64,000 nt of DNA from Lama guanicoe. Its lineage: Eukaryota. Location: assembly GCA_013239625.1 (NCBI GenBank), contig MU053504.1, forward strand, positions 186,001 to 250,000, read 5' to 3'. Position 1 is the first letter of the stretch; the number at the start of each line of letters is the position of its first letter. The notes under the pieces were generated by a model. That model did not search any database. It was given only the letters and a program-made list of their open reading frames with translations, and was not told the origin of the DNA. The position numbers and the translations under genes are program-made. Of the stretch, positions 23,895 to 35,740 are shown piece by piece.

Positions 23895-24877
23895 TACGGG
23901 GTGGGGGTAGGGGGAAGCAGGGCTTCTGCCCTAGCCCTGCCCATCTGACCTTCCTCCCTCTGTTTCCCCGGATGGTGCCCGGGAGGGAACCGCCGCCACC
24001 GACGGGTTGGACTGGTTTGGGAGGCGGCGGCCCGCGGGTAGGGCAGAGTCTAGCTACCTAGACAGAGTTCAGCAAGGCTGCCTTTCCTGTGACCCTTTCC
24101 TCCTGAGGTCTCCTGGGGGTCGGCCCTGAGTGGAGCCGCCTTCCTCTCCCACCTGCTCCATCCCTTCTACCTCGGGAGCAACTCTGGCTCTGGGCCAACA
24201 GCCCCCAAGATTCTATTCTCAACTTGCCTTTGCTGCAGACCTCAATTTGGGGTTGGGGGCCAAATTGTAGGGGGAGGAAAGCAGATATGTTTACAGACAT
24301 GCTTTGCTTGCCCTGTCTGTGCACTGTTTTTAAAATAATTAACAAATATGCTAAGAATCTAGAGTTTTCATGAACTTCTCCAGCTTCCTAGAACATTCTA
24401 TAACTACCATCCTGGACTCATATACCTGCAGTAGGCTGAGTGTGCCTCTCTCTAGTTTATCCCTGATCTGCCACTCACATTTGGCCCTCATAGGTATTTC
24501 AATTCAGTAAAAAATTATCGGATGCCTATTATGTATAAAGAGCAATATCTTGAAACTAAGATACAGAGAACAAAACAGACCCCCACCTCATAGAGTTATT
24601 TTTAGAAGAATGTGTACAACAAAGAGTAAAGCTACTCTTTTTAGATGAGTGAATTAGGCTTCATATGAATTTGTGTCTTATTTATTGGCTCTGGGACCTA
24701 GGTTGGTCACTTATTTGAGTCTCAGTTTCTCAGTCAATAAAAATGAGGTGACGGTGCCCCATATCACAGGCTTGTTGGAGGATTACAGGAGAGGATAGTG
24801 TCAGATGTCTAGAGCACAGAGATCCTTACCTCCCCATCCCAATCCAGACTCTCTTTCCTGGCATTCCAGATGTCTAG

Positions 24878-25073
24878 GTACGGCTGTCCAATATAGCTTT
24901 CTGCTATGGATGCTCTGATCCTTGCTGTCTAGTATAGTGACCGCATATGACTATTGAGCACTTAAAATGTGGCTAGTGTGATTCAGGAACTGAATTGTGT
25001 GTATTTAATTTAAATTTAAAGTTAAGGCTGAGTAGCCATACGTGGTTAGTGGCTATTGAATTAGACAATACAG
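24878..25073 (+). mobile_element. MER3-like hAT-Charlie MITE
   Basis: CTGTCCAATA...CTATTGAGCACTTAAAATGTGGCTAGTGTGA...GGAACTGAATT...TAGCCATACGTGGTTAGTGGCTA...TAGACAATACAG. Confidence 0.75.
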
Positions 25074-26287
25074 GTCCAGATGGCCTGAACTACAGGTCCT
25101 CTTGGGGATCACCTAGACAGAGTTCCTTTCCCCAGTTTTGCACATGAAAAGGTTCAGGACTTGGTCTTTGGGTTTTCTTCTGTGCCATCTCCAGGGGACT
25201 GCCGGGGCACTTTGTGGCTCCAGCCTGCCCTTGGGAAAAAGGGACAGGGATGGCCTGATGGCTGGGGCACTGGGCCCTGATGATGGGTGATCAAGTAGAG
25301 GCTCGTGCACCCAGGTGTGGGCCTTCCTGCCTATGTTGCTGGCAGATCCAGAGTCAGCTGGTTTCTCCCAAGCAAGGTGGTGTGATCTTGTGCATTTCTG
25401 GCTTCTCTTGAAGCAGCATTGCTCAGGGCTGACGTTTCCACCTGACAGGCATCCATGCATTACTGTGGGCCTGGCACTGGAGTTTCATACTGGAAGCTAA
25501 TGGGTGTCTGACCTCAGTTGGGGCGAAGGTGGGGACTTTCTACACTCCTCCCCTACAGACTCTGCTGCTATGCCTGGGGCTTGACATGTCTAGGCGGGTG
25601 GATGGCACAGGGCAGTCTCCTGCCTGGGTAAGTGTTGGGTGGAGGTGGTACCAGGCTCCTTGTGGGCATTTCAGATGGGGTGTGGGGTTGGCCACCCTTT
25701 CTGTTGGCCACTCAACCCCAAGACCCCTGTGCAAGCACCTCCCCTCTTGGAGACAGGGACAGAGTCGCCACTTTGCTGAATTAGCTTAATCAAGTTTGCC
25801 TCCTTGGGCTTCAGGTTCCCCATCTGCAAAATGGAATTGTTAAGAGGACCCACTGAGGTTGAGCCGGCTGGTGCTCAGCACTTAGCCTCGAGCCCACTTT
25901 GCTTTCTTTAAAATGTGCCTTGCCCGGTCTTCTCTGCTCAGGCTGCCCTTGTCTTCTTTGGCACCTTTTTTTCTCTGCCTCCGCTGGGCCAAGCCCTTGG
26001 AGAAGGAAGGGGGGTGGGTGGGTGGAGCCACAGGCCCCTCAGCACGTACTTTCTGCCTGCTGATTGGCTCCCTGTTAATCAGAGGCGTGGCCTTTACCTT
26101 TTAATAGGGAAGGCGTCTTCATCCTCTTTCAGTCTTTGCTGAGCCTTTGTCTGAATGTGCTCTGCTCTTTTCTTTCTTTCCTCCACTGCAGCGGTGGCGG
26201 CGTCCAGCTGCCAGCTTTCCATCAGGATCTCTGTCTCCTCATTTCTCCAGTCTCCTCAGACAGAAGCCCTCCGGGTATGTAACGACC

Positions 26288-27175
26288 ATGCCTGTGGATA
26301 CCCTGACTCCCGGAGCCCGGGACACCCCCGCCCCACCTTTCCGTCTACGGACCAAGGTCCCCGGCTACCTGCTACGGCGGCCAGCGGATGGTGGAGCCCG
26401 GAAACCTAGTGCTGTAGAGCGCCTGGAGGCCGACAAGGCCAAGTACGTCAAGAGCCTGCATGTGGCCAACACCCGCCAGGAACCTGTGCAGCCCCTGCTG
26501 TCCAAACAGCCGCTCTTCAGCCCCGGGACTCGCCGCACGGTGCTCACGCCCAGCCGCCGAGTCCTGCCTGGCCCCGGCCGCCGACCCCAGCTGGACCTGG
26601 ACATCCTTAGCAGCCTCATCAACTTGTGTGATAGTCCCGTGTCTCCTGCCGAGGCTAGTCGTACCCCTGGACGGGCAGAGGGAACCCGCCAGGCTCCTCC
26701 AGCGACCCCCGCACGCCCACCACCCAGTACTGCTGCGGTCCGCCGAGTGGATGTCCTTCCCCTGCCAGCCTCACCTGCCCGGCCCTGCCCATCGCCAGGT
26801 GCTGCCGCTGCCTCCAGCCCCACCCGGCCCCCTGGTTTGCAGCGCTCTAAGTCGGACCTGAGTGAGCGCTTCTCGCGGGCAGCTGCTGACCTGGAGCGAT
26901 TTTTTAACTTCTGCGGTCTGGACCCGGAGGAAGCACGGGGCTTGGGTGTGGCCCACCTGGCGCGGGCCAGCTCAGACATCGTGTCCCTGGCCGGGCCCAG
27001 TGCTGGGCCGGCCAGCTCGGAGGGGGGCTGCTCCCGCCGCAGCTCTGCCACAGTCGAGGAGCGGGCCCGGGAGCGTGTCCCCTATGGCGTGTCGGTGGTA
27101 GAGCGAAATGCCCGGGTGATCAAGTGGCTGTACGGGCTGCGGCAAGCCTGGGAGACTCCTGCGGCTGAGGGCTAG
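26288..27175 (+). CDS. FAM110A: Protein FAM110A (295 aa; centrosome/spindle-associated), single coding exon
   Basis: ATG in context ACGACCATGC at 26288, TAG at 27173-27175. FAM110 motifs [44 protein letters not shown] and [15 protein letters not shown]. Polypyrimidine tract and CAG acceptor give an exon start at 26192. The TTG start at 26147 in the ORF track is intronic. Confidence 0.97.
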   Translation: MPVDTLTPGARDTPAPPFRLRTKVPGYLLRRPADGGARKPSAVERLEADKAKYVKSLHVANTRQEPVQPLLSKQPLFSPGTRRTVLTPSRRVLPGPGRRPQLDLDILSSLINLCDSPVSPAEASRTPGRAEGTRQAPPATPARPPPSTAAVRRVDVLPLPASPARPCPSPGAAAASSPTRPPGLQRSKSDLSERFSRAAADLERFFNFCGLDPEEARGLGVAHLARASSDIVSLAGPSAGPASSEGGCSRRSSATVEERARERVPYGVSVVERNARVIKWLYGLRQAWETPAAEG

Positions 27176-27737
27176 GCCTCCACTGGACTCGGAATTCACC
27201 ACAGGGCGGATCTTAGAGATGCCATTGGTCCCTTGACCTCTCCTGCATCTATCCATTCCCTGGCTTGGGGCAGATCAGAGGCTGCTGCCTTGTGTGAACT
27301 TGGTATAGAGGCCAAGGCTCAGAGGCTGGACAAGCATCCATCTGGCAAGGAGAGACCTGGAGAGAGTTGCCTCTTGACCTTGGACCATCTCCTACCCCTC
27401 ACATGTAGGGTTTTGATGTGAATGTACCCCTGCTTGTGGGTTTGGATTTGGGGCATGTAGCCCTCCCCACTGAGGGTGAGGAGCCAAGAGATCTCACCAG
27501 AGCTGTCTACTCAGCAGCTCTGTTTCTTTCTTCCTTCCTTCCCTGGCCTCGGTCCTTTGCCGACTTCCTCTTCTTTATCCAGTGGGCCTTGGTTCCCGGG
27601 AACTCACCCTGGGGTGGGGGCAGGGAGGAGTGGCCTGTGTACTGTTCTTCAAGGGCCTTGGCAGCCTGGCCTATGTGGGTAGACTACAAGAGGGACTTGG
27701 AGGAGTCTGCACTGCCTTGACTTTCCTCCCTTTGGTA

Positions 27738-27743
27738 AATAAA
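27738..27743 (+). terminator. FAM110A: FAM110A polyadenylation signal
   Basis: AATAAA about 560 nt after the stop, followed by U/GU-rich TGCTTGTTTT. Confidence 0.8.
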
Positions 27744-30700
27744 CACAAATGCTTGTTTTTCAAGGGCTGGGTCCGTAGACTCTTCTGTGTTCACAAGGGG
27801 ACGGGGTGGGGAAAGTCTTGGGGTGGGGCCTTCAAAGCTCAGTAATTGTCCACCCCAGGATCTGGTGGGGCATGAGGCCAGTGGCTGGCCTGGTCTGAGA
27901 TGTGCTCCACAGGGCCTCCTCATAACCACCTTTGGGAGACTGGCTGGTGAGCATTCTTCATAGTGGAGGACACTGGCTCTGGCCACAGAGTGATTCGGGA
28001 TAGAACTGGGGTGAGGACTGGGGACTTTCCCCTGCACTAGGAAGGGGACCTGCAGGGGAAAGGCTGATAGGTACATGAACCCTCCCCAACCATAAGTCTT
28101 CTGCCCTTCCCCACCCCATGCCCAGTTCCCAAGGGGACAGGAAGCTCAGAGAGGGCAAACCTTGAACTTGAGGTCACATAGGCCATGGATTGGAGATTGG
28201 AAGTGGAAGTTCTTAGAGGCAGAGGGACTTAGGGTGGATAGCAAAAGAGTGGCCTTGCCTCCAACCCTGGGTGACCCCGGACAAGCCAGTCTCCCTCTCT
28301 GGGCCTCAGTGGGAGAGTTGGCGGTACGGTCCTCTCTGGGTGGGGGCAAGAGGAAGGAGGGGGCTGGCACTGGGCTTTGAGGTCTTGGCTCCTTCCCATC
28401 TCCCTCCAGGTTAGTTACCTGCTAGGAGACCCCACCCTTCGCTGGGGGAGCAGCCAGGTCTAGGGCCAGGCACACAAAGGGTGAGAGCTTGGGTGGCCTC
28501 CGCACCCCCCTTCCCCCATGGGAGGGGGCGGGACTGGGTGGCGCTTCCTCTCCCACAGGCTGCCTGGGCTGCAGCACTGAGAAACAGGAAGCTCTAGTGG
28601 GGGCCCTGGTGACAGGTTTGATGTAGGTTTTATTTTAAGCATAAAGAGGAGATTTCCGTTGGTCTGTTGACAAACATCCAGGTCAGCCCAGCTGTCTGTC
28701 TGTCTGACAGTCCACAACAAGCCCCTAGGGGACTGGTCTGGTCCTGGGCTGTTTTGAGAAACAAGGGGAAATCGAGTTATAGAAGAGGATGGTGTTCAAA
28801 TTCATGAGAATGGAGTTCACCCCTTTATGATACAGATGGGGAGACTGAGGCACAGAGAGGGTGATGACCTGCCATAGGTTTGGCAGTGCAGGAGCTGGGC
28901 CTCCTGGTCCCCATGTTACAGGAGTGACAGGTTCAGAGGGGATAACCTGGGTAGGCTCTGCAGAGCTGTTATCCTTTGAGGTGTCAAAGATCCTTCTCTC
29001 CAGGCAACCCTGCCAGAATTCTGTGCTAAGGGTTGCCCCTTGCTGTGACCTGCCTGTCCCCCAGAAACCCAAGAAGGTGTGTGTGTTGGCTGCATTTTAC
29101 ATGTGAAGTAACTGAGGTTCAGATCACAGGACTGGTGGATGATGGGCCAGGACACCCCTTGTTCCTGGAGGAAGTTTAAGTGCTAGACTCAGACCTTTCA
29201 TAGTCAACCTGTCACTGAATCCTCCAGGAGATCTTTCAGGGGTCACCTCAGAAGATCACATCTTGTCTTAGAGCAGGGAGGGGGAGTGGCTTATGGGCTG
29301 TCACAGTGCAAGTCTGTACTTCAGCCTAGGATCAAGCCCGCCTGCTGGACACCCCAGTCAGTGACACTTTGGCTTCCTGATTCTCTGGACACATGCCTCA
29401 CCTCTCTTCCCCACCCTGGCAGTCTTTCTTCCTAGTCTCTATTGAGCACCTACTGGATGCCCAGCACTGGACAACTTGGCCATGGGCCCTGCCAGGTCTA
29501 GGGGGAGGGAAGGGGCAGCTAAGCAGTAACTAGTCATGTAATGTGGAGCAGATACTCTCAGGGACTTCTGCCTGAAGATCAGAGTTGTTCCCAGGAGCTG
29601 GACCAGAGTAGGCCTAGAGGGGCATTGGGAGGGTCTATTAGAAGAGAGCAGGGAGGGGAAGGGGCCAGACTGAGCCTTGACTTCTCTGACAGGGGCTGCC
29701 TAGTTCTGGGAGGGCTTCCTCTCCACCAGGATTCTGTAGAGGGAGGTGCGAGGGGCTTACCCACCAGCCTGCCAGCCTTGGGAATCTGCAGAAACAGGCT
29801 CTCTATTGTTTCGCCTCCAGTTGGAGTGTGAGGGGCAGTGAGGGGCAGCCGCTGTGTTTCAGCTCCTCTGAGGGCCTGCAGCTGCTGCCCCGTCCCCCGG
29901 GGCTGCCTGGCCTCCAGAGCAGCTTCCCTAGGCCAGACTGGCCCCAGCTGCCTAACCCCTAATTAGGCAGAGATGAGATCTGCTCCCTGATCTATTTCCC
30001 ACTAGCTAATTATACACACGTGGGCTTGGGAGACTGGCAACCTGGCTGCTCACTTCTGTCACGAGGATGTGATGCACTCCTGGGAAAACCCATCCCCACC
30101 TACCAGACCTCAGTTTACCCTTTTGGCAGAGGATGGGATGTAGCAAGGGGGCATTGTTCCTGTCCGTGATGAAATGGTTCTGGTTTTGCTAATGAGTTGT
30201 TCAAGCGGACCGAGGGAGGAGACTCCAACCTGCCTGACATCCTGTGTCCAGGAGGAGTGGACAGGTCCCTCCCGGCCCAAGACAAAAACCCTATCCAGAT
30301 TTTTAAAAATGTAATATTATTTTTCAGATAATATATTTGTATATTTTCCCCAACATTTTATTAAGAAAATCTTCAAACTTCAAAGTTGAAATAATTATAC
30401 AGTGAACACTTATATGTCACCTACTAGATACACAGTTGTTAATATTTTGCTAGATTTGCGGTTATGCAAGTCTCCATCTATCTATTTCTCTATCCATCTA
30501 TTAAGGTAACTTATTCTTTTAAAGCTTTTCAAAGTGTATTGCAAACATCAGTACACTTCCCCTTAAAGGCACTTCAGCATGTGTATCATTAGCTAAAGCT
30601 CCATATTTTTTGGTTATTCGTGAGGGTGGGAGGTAAAATTTACATGCAGTGAAATGCATAGACCTTAAAGGTACCACCTGCTGAAATTAGAGAAGTGCAT

Positions 30701-31009
30701 TCTGTACCCCAAACCCCAATCAGGATCTAGAGCCGTGAGAGGTCCCCTCATCTTCATTCCCTGTCAGTTCCTGTCCCCACCTCATGGATATATCTATTTA
30801 TCTATATAAATTAAAAACTATTAGTAAAAATATTTCCCTGCCCTGTCTTCCCACTCCCAGCCCTGCTCCCCAAAGCAGCCACATTCAGCTTTTTAAACTA
30901 TTTCTTCTGGTACTATCCTCCATATTTCTAAGTAACATGGTTTCCTGCCATTTGCTTCATTAATTTTAGACAAATATTGACTGACTTTCAGGTCTGCTGT
31001 CCCCACGGT

Positions 31010-31185
31010 GTGGCTCCTGCAGCCTGCCCGCCTGGGTTTGAATCCTTTCCCTTAATGGCCGTATGACCTCGGGCAAGTGACTTAACCACCTTGTGCCCCA
31101 GTTTCCTCATTTGTAAAATGAGAGTAATTAGAATATTGAAGTTATTGGATCGTTATGAGGATTCAACATGTAAAATGCCTAGAAG
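31010..31185 (+). mobile_element. MIR SINE (representative of many copies in the window)
   Basis: CCTGGGTTTGAATCC...TGACCTCGGGCAAGTGACTTAACC...CAGTTTCCTCATTTGTAAAATG core. Confidence 0.85.
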
Positions 31186-32107
31186 AATGTACATCACCCA
31201 AGTAGTCAAAACTGAGTTATTATTATCAAGGAAGACAACTTTTCTCACCCTCTTCTCCTTTCAACATGCATTTATCCTAATTTTTCATTGAATGACTAAT
31301 TAATGTTATTTACAGTGTGACCATATAAATGTTATTTCTTGCCAAGTTGCTCCTTCTAGTTACACTTCCTTTCTGGTGCAACTCTGTTCTTCCTGGAGCT
31401 ACTCCTTGCTTTGTTTTTCATTTGCTTAGCAGTTTCCTTTAACCCATCCTTAATTTCCCCATAGTTACACATACAAGATACTTTATTGGTTCCAGTTTCC
31501 TTCCTGAAAATCTTCAAGTGCTTTTTCACAATCCCCACTGCCTTTAAAAGACAACAGTGGAAACTATTTAAAGACTAGAATCTCAAGCACAAGTACAACT
31601 TGTAAGTTAAGCATTTGTGAGCACCCATTCTCTGTCCCTGCCCACGTGGGTACCTAAGAGGAAAAAATACTGAAGCTGTGACCCCCACTCCCAGGCCTCT
31701 CCATTTACGCAGGAGACTCCCTCAGCACTGTCTGCTCACTGCTGCCAACCTCTGGCTTGTCCTATGCCCTTAACTTTATTCCTCCATTCATTCAACAAAA
31801 GTCTGCTGGGTCCTTCTCCATGCCTGGCACTGGGCTGGGCAGTACCAGTAATATAGAGCTCGGGCAGTGTCAACCCATCTGGTCCCAGACTGGCATTTAC
31901 GTCGGCGTTACATTACATCAGAAGCCAGGAGAGTGGTCTGAATAGAGGTGTGTGGGGTTTGGGTGGTGGCTTGGTATATATGTGTGTGACGTGTAGGGGC
32001 ATTTGAGTGTCTGTGGTTACCAGCAGATTTTCTATGAAAGGTCATTTGTGTGCATTTAGGTGCACATGCTTATTGGTTGTTGTCTGCATAGTGTCTTCAC
32101 CAGGTAT

Positions 32108-32583
32108 GTCTATCAGTTAGCCTTTGCTGTGTAACAAGCCACCCTAGACCCAATGGCCTCAAACAACAATTTATTAGTTCATGATCCTATGAACTGGGAA
32201 TCTGGTCTGGGCTCAGCTGGGTACTTCTGGCTTTACCTAGGCTCATTCATGTAGCTGCAGTTAGCCGGGACTGGCTGGTCTTGGAAGGCCTTGCTCACAT
32301 GTCTGGCAGTTGGCAGGCTGTTTGCTGGGCTGCTTCAGTTCACCTCCACAAGGCTAGCTCAGGCTCATTCACATGGGACTCTCAAGGTTTTGTGCTAAGC
32401 TGCAGTGTACTAGTGCTTTTTGAAGCGTCTTCTTTGGTCATGATCACCAGTGTTCCATTGGCTAAAGTGATTTGGCCAAGCTTGATTCAAGGGGTGGAGA
32501 AATAGACGCTGTCTCTTAGTCACATTGCAAAGGGCATGAGTACAGGCATGGAGGAATTCTGTAGCTGGTATCAGTTTATCACA
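32108..32583 (-). mobile_element. MaLR LTR (MLT1-like)
   Basis: TATCAGTTAGCCTTTGCTGTGTAACAAGCCACCC...AAACAACAATTTATTA...CTGGGCTCAGCTGG...CATTGGCTAAAG...CACATTGCAAAGGGCATG. Confidence 0.7.
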
Positions 32584-32759
32584 GCCTATATGTGCTGGGT
32601 GAAGTAATGGGGAAACTTCACAGCTTTGGAATCAGAAAAATCTGTTTATTTCTTGGTACTACCAGTTGTTGTCTGATTTTAGTCAAGTTGCCTCACCTCT
32701 CTGAGCTCTGTAAACTGGATAAAATTGAATCACATGAGATGGTCTTTATAAATGCTTAT

Positions 32760-33780
32760 TCTATTCATTTCTTCATTAATGCAACACATATTTATTAGGG
32801 CCTACTGTGTGCCAAGCACTAGGTACACTCTGAAGAGACTAGTGAACAAAATAAACCAAAACACCTGCCCTTGAGAGGCTTAGTCTAGGTTTCAGACAGA
32901 CACTAATTGATCATCCCAATAATTTTCTGGTCACTAAGATTAGGTCTTGAAGGAAGGAGAGGTTGGTGACCTGGCCAGGAAGATTTGGGAAGCTTAAGAT
33001 ATCTGAGCTGACATGTGAAGGGTAGGTAGGAGTTTACCAGGAGAAGAGGGCATAATGGTGGAAAAGGATTATTCTAGATTGAAGGACTAGCATGTGCAAA
33101 GGCCCTGTGATGGGAGGAGTAACTGGATCAGAGAGAAGGTGAATGTAGCTGAACCTGGAGCATAAAGGTCAGACCTGTGAGACTTCTGGAACCTTTGAAC
33201 AATGTGAGGGTCTATCTTGCCAGGCAGCCTGAAATAAAACCCAAAGGTCTAACTGTGTTCTATAAGGCCCTCATGACCTACATCCCTGTTATTCCTCCCC
33301 CTCCTCCTTTACCTACTCTGCTACAGCCCGCTGCCTCCCTGATGTTCCAGAAACACAACAGACACATTTCTACCTCAGGACCTTTGCACTTGCTTTTTCC
33401 ATTGCCAGATCTATCCTATCCCAGGTATCACGTGACTCACTCTCTCACTTCATTCAGGTCTCTGCCCATATGTTACCTCCTCAGAGAGGACTTCTCTGAC
33501 CCACCCACTCATTGCCCTCTGCAGCTAAACCTTCAGCATCCAACAGCCACTAGTTCCCTGCCCTGGTTTATTTTTCTTGCTAGAAAAATATCCACCCCCC
33601 AGCTTACAGTAAAGAAGGCCATGTTCTGTTTCTTGTCTGTGTCTCTCACTAGAATGCAGCTCCAGGAGGCAGGGGCTCTGCTTTGCTTTAGGCTGTCCCC
33701 CGGCCCTGGGGGACAGATGGTGTTTCACAAATACTTGTTGGATGATGGAATGAATGAATAAGGAGAAATGAGTGAATGAC
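32760..33780. mobile_element. Two L2 fragments in opposite orientation
   Basis: Minus-orientation L2 at ~32760-33160 and plus-orientation L2 at ~33230-33780, which ends AAATACTTGTTGGATGATGGAATGAATGAAT. Confidence 0.65.
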
Positions 33781-35559
33781 ATGCTGGAAAGAACTGGCTC
33801 TGGGAAAGTAGGAGGCCTGGCTTCAAGCCCCAGCTGAGTGACCTAGAGATGTTACATACCTTTCTGTTCCTTGGTTTCCCCACTCTGCTGTGAGGTATCT
33901 GTGGTCTGTAGGTAAGTTTTGGGTTTGGAAAGGAAGACTCCAGTCTGTGGAGGGTTAGGGCCTGTGGCAGAGGAAGGGAGCCGGGTCCCTCTCCCTGGCC
34001 CTCCTGGGGATGAAAATAGCCTAGCTCAGCCCCTAGGTTGGCCCCTTGCCCTCACCATGGCATCCAGCTGGAGCCAGGAGGCTCTGTCTGGAGCCTGCCA
34101 GCCTGGCGCTGGGCCAGAATCAGGCTGCCTGACAGCTGGGCCAGGCAGCCCTGGGAGGTTCTTAAGGGCAAACTGGGCCTGTCGGATGTCCCCACCTCCC
34201 TCTCCACTTCTCCCTCCTCCCTCAGTGTCCACTGGAGGGTTAAATCACTTAATCCTCTACGTGCCTGCAGCCTTTGCAGTTTGCAAAACTCTTTCTTGGT
34301 CTGTGTCTAATTTCACTCTGCATGGTAACTGCTTTACTGATGGGAACATTCCGGCTCAGAGAGGACAGCTGCCTTATTGGAAGTTAAATAGCTAGGAGCT
34401 AGTGCAGTTTGTAGTGGAACCAGTGGAACATAGTCCTGTCCTGCCTCTGTGTGTGTGTGTGTAGTGTGGCATTATCATTGTTAAACCTCACTACTAGTGC
34501 CCTCCCTTCACCACCAGCTCCCAGGGTCTCTGATAGGCTGTGGTGGTTAACAGCTCATGGATCCAGGATGCCCTGAATTTAAATCCCAGCTTTGCTGCAA
34601 CCTAACTGAGTGGACTGTTGGGTCCCCATTGTCCCCCATCTCAGTGTCTGCCAATAGGACCAATCCCTTAAATCTGGACACCATTAGGACTAACATTATA
34701 TGTATTGACTAGGTTTTTAAAAAATTAATTTGTTGTCAGTATTTAAGCATTTCAACAGTTGGAAGAATCACACATGCAAACCAAACCAATGAGCATCTAT
34801 GAGGCCCCAAACCCCCATGGTGTGTCCGGCACAAAGCAGAGTGCTCCCAGGGGAGCTCATTCCTGTACGTAAGTGCCCTGGTGAAGCAGGTGCCATTTAT
34901 CATGTCCTCCAACAAAGTCTCAGAAAGGTGAAGCCATGCACCCAAGGTCACAGAGGCGAGGAGGGTGGTGGGTTTAGGGGTGCACGAAACCCCAGCACTC
35001 ATTCTTCTGGGCATCTTGAGACGTAGTGGCATTTATTCAGCAGGTGTCCCAGCCAGCATCACCCCCAAGAATGTGGGCTCAGTGGGGCCAAAGCTTCTGA
35101 GTTCTCATGAGAAGCTAGCTCTCAGAAAACATTCAGTCTGTTATGCTCTCACTGTTTAACTGTGAGCAAGTAATTACTTAACTGTAAAAATACTCCATAC
35201 AAAGGGTAGAGTTTGTAATAGCAAACAATTGCAAATGTCCATCAAGGAGCGGTGGTTAAGTCAGCTCAGCCAGGCCACGCAATGGGAGCCCACAAGGCAC
35301 TGAAAAGTTGCACTATGTGCACGGATGTAGACAGGCAGGGCGCTGGGCTCAGTGAACAGAGTGAGATGTGGGACAGTGTCTGCTGTGTGCTACGTTTATT
35401 GAAACCAGAATATGTGCCCCAGCCCTCTGTGCTGGTCTTAAATCTCCGTGGAGAGTTACACAGGAAACCCTGAACATTGGCTGCCTGAGGGGAACTGGCT
35501 GGCTGGAGCCAGGGGTGGGAGGGAGGCTCACTTCTTACTGTTTCTAACTTTTGAATTTT

Positions 35560-35740
35560 GATATAAATTTAAATAAAACAATGTATTTATTACTATAATA
35601 ATTATATACAAATAATTATAATAATATATAAATAAGTATACATAGATAATTATATAAAATAATTAGAATATATACTATAAAAGTAATTATTTAAAAATTA
35701 AAAAAATTAAAATACATTTAAATTAAAAATAATTAGAATA
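35560..35740. repeat. AT-rich low-complexity tract
   Basis: About 180 nt almost entirely A/T (TATA/AAT motifs), following an L1ME-like fragment. Confidence 0.85.

Noticed and set aside
26147-26191. TTG start giving a 342-aa FAM110A
   Set aside because: It lies in the polypyrimidine tract upstream of the acceptor; the ATG at 26288 gives the expected 295 aa.
26365-27051. 228-aa antisense ORF over FAM110A
   Set aside because: Shadow ORF expected opposite a very GC-rich CDS; no motif of its own and a non-ATG start.
33177-33761. 194-aa ORF, and inverted L2 pair as a possible hairpin
   Set aside because: The ORF lies within an L2 remnant; the two L2 copies are too diverged for a convincing long duplex.
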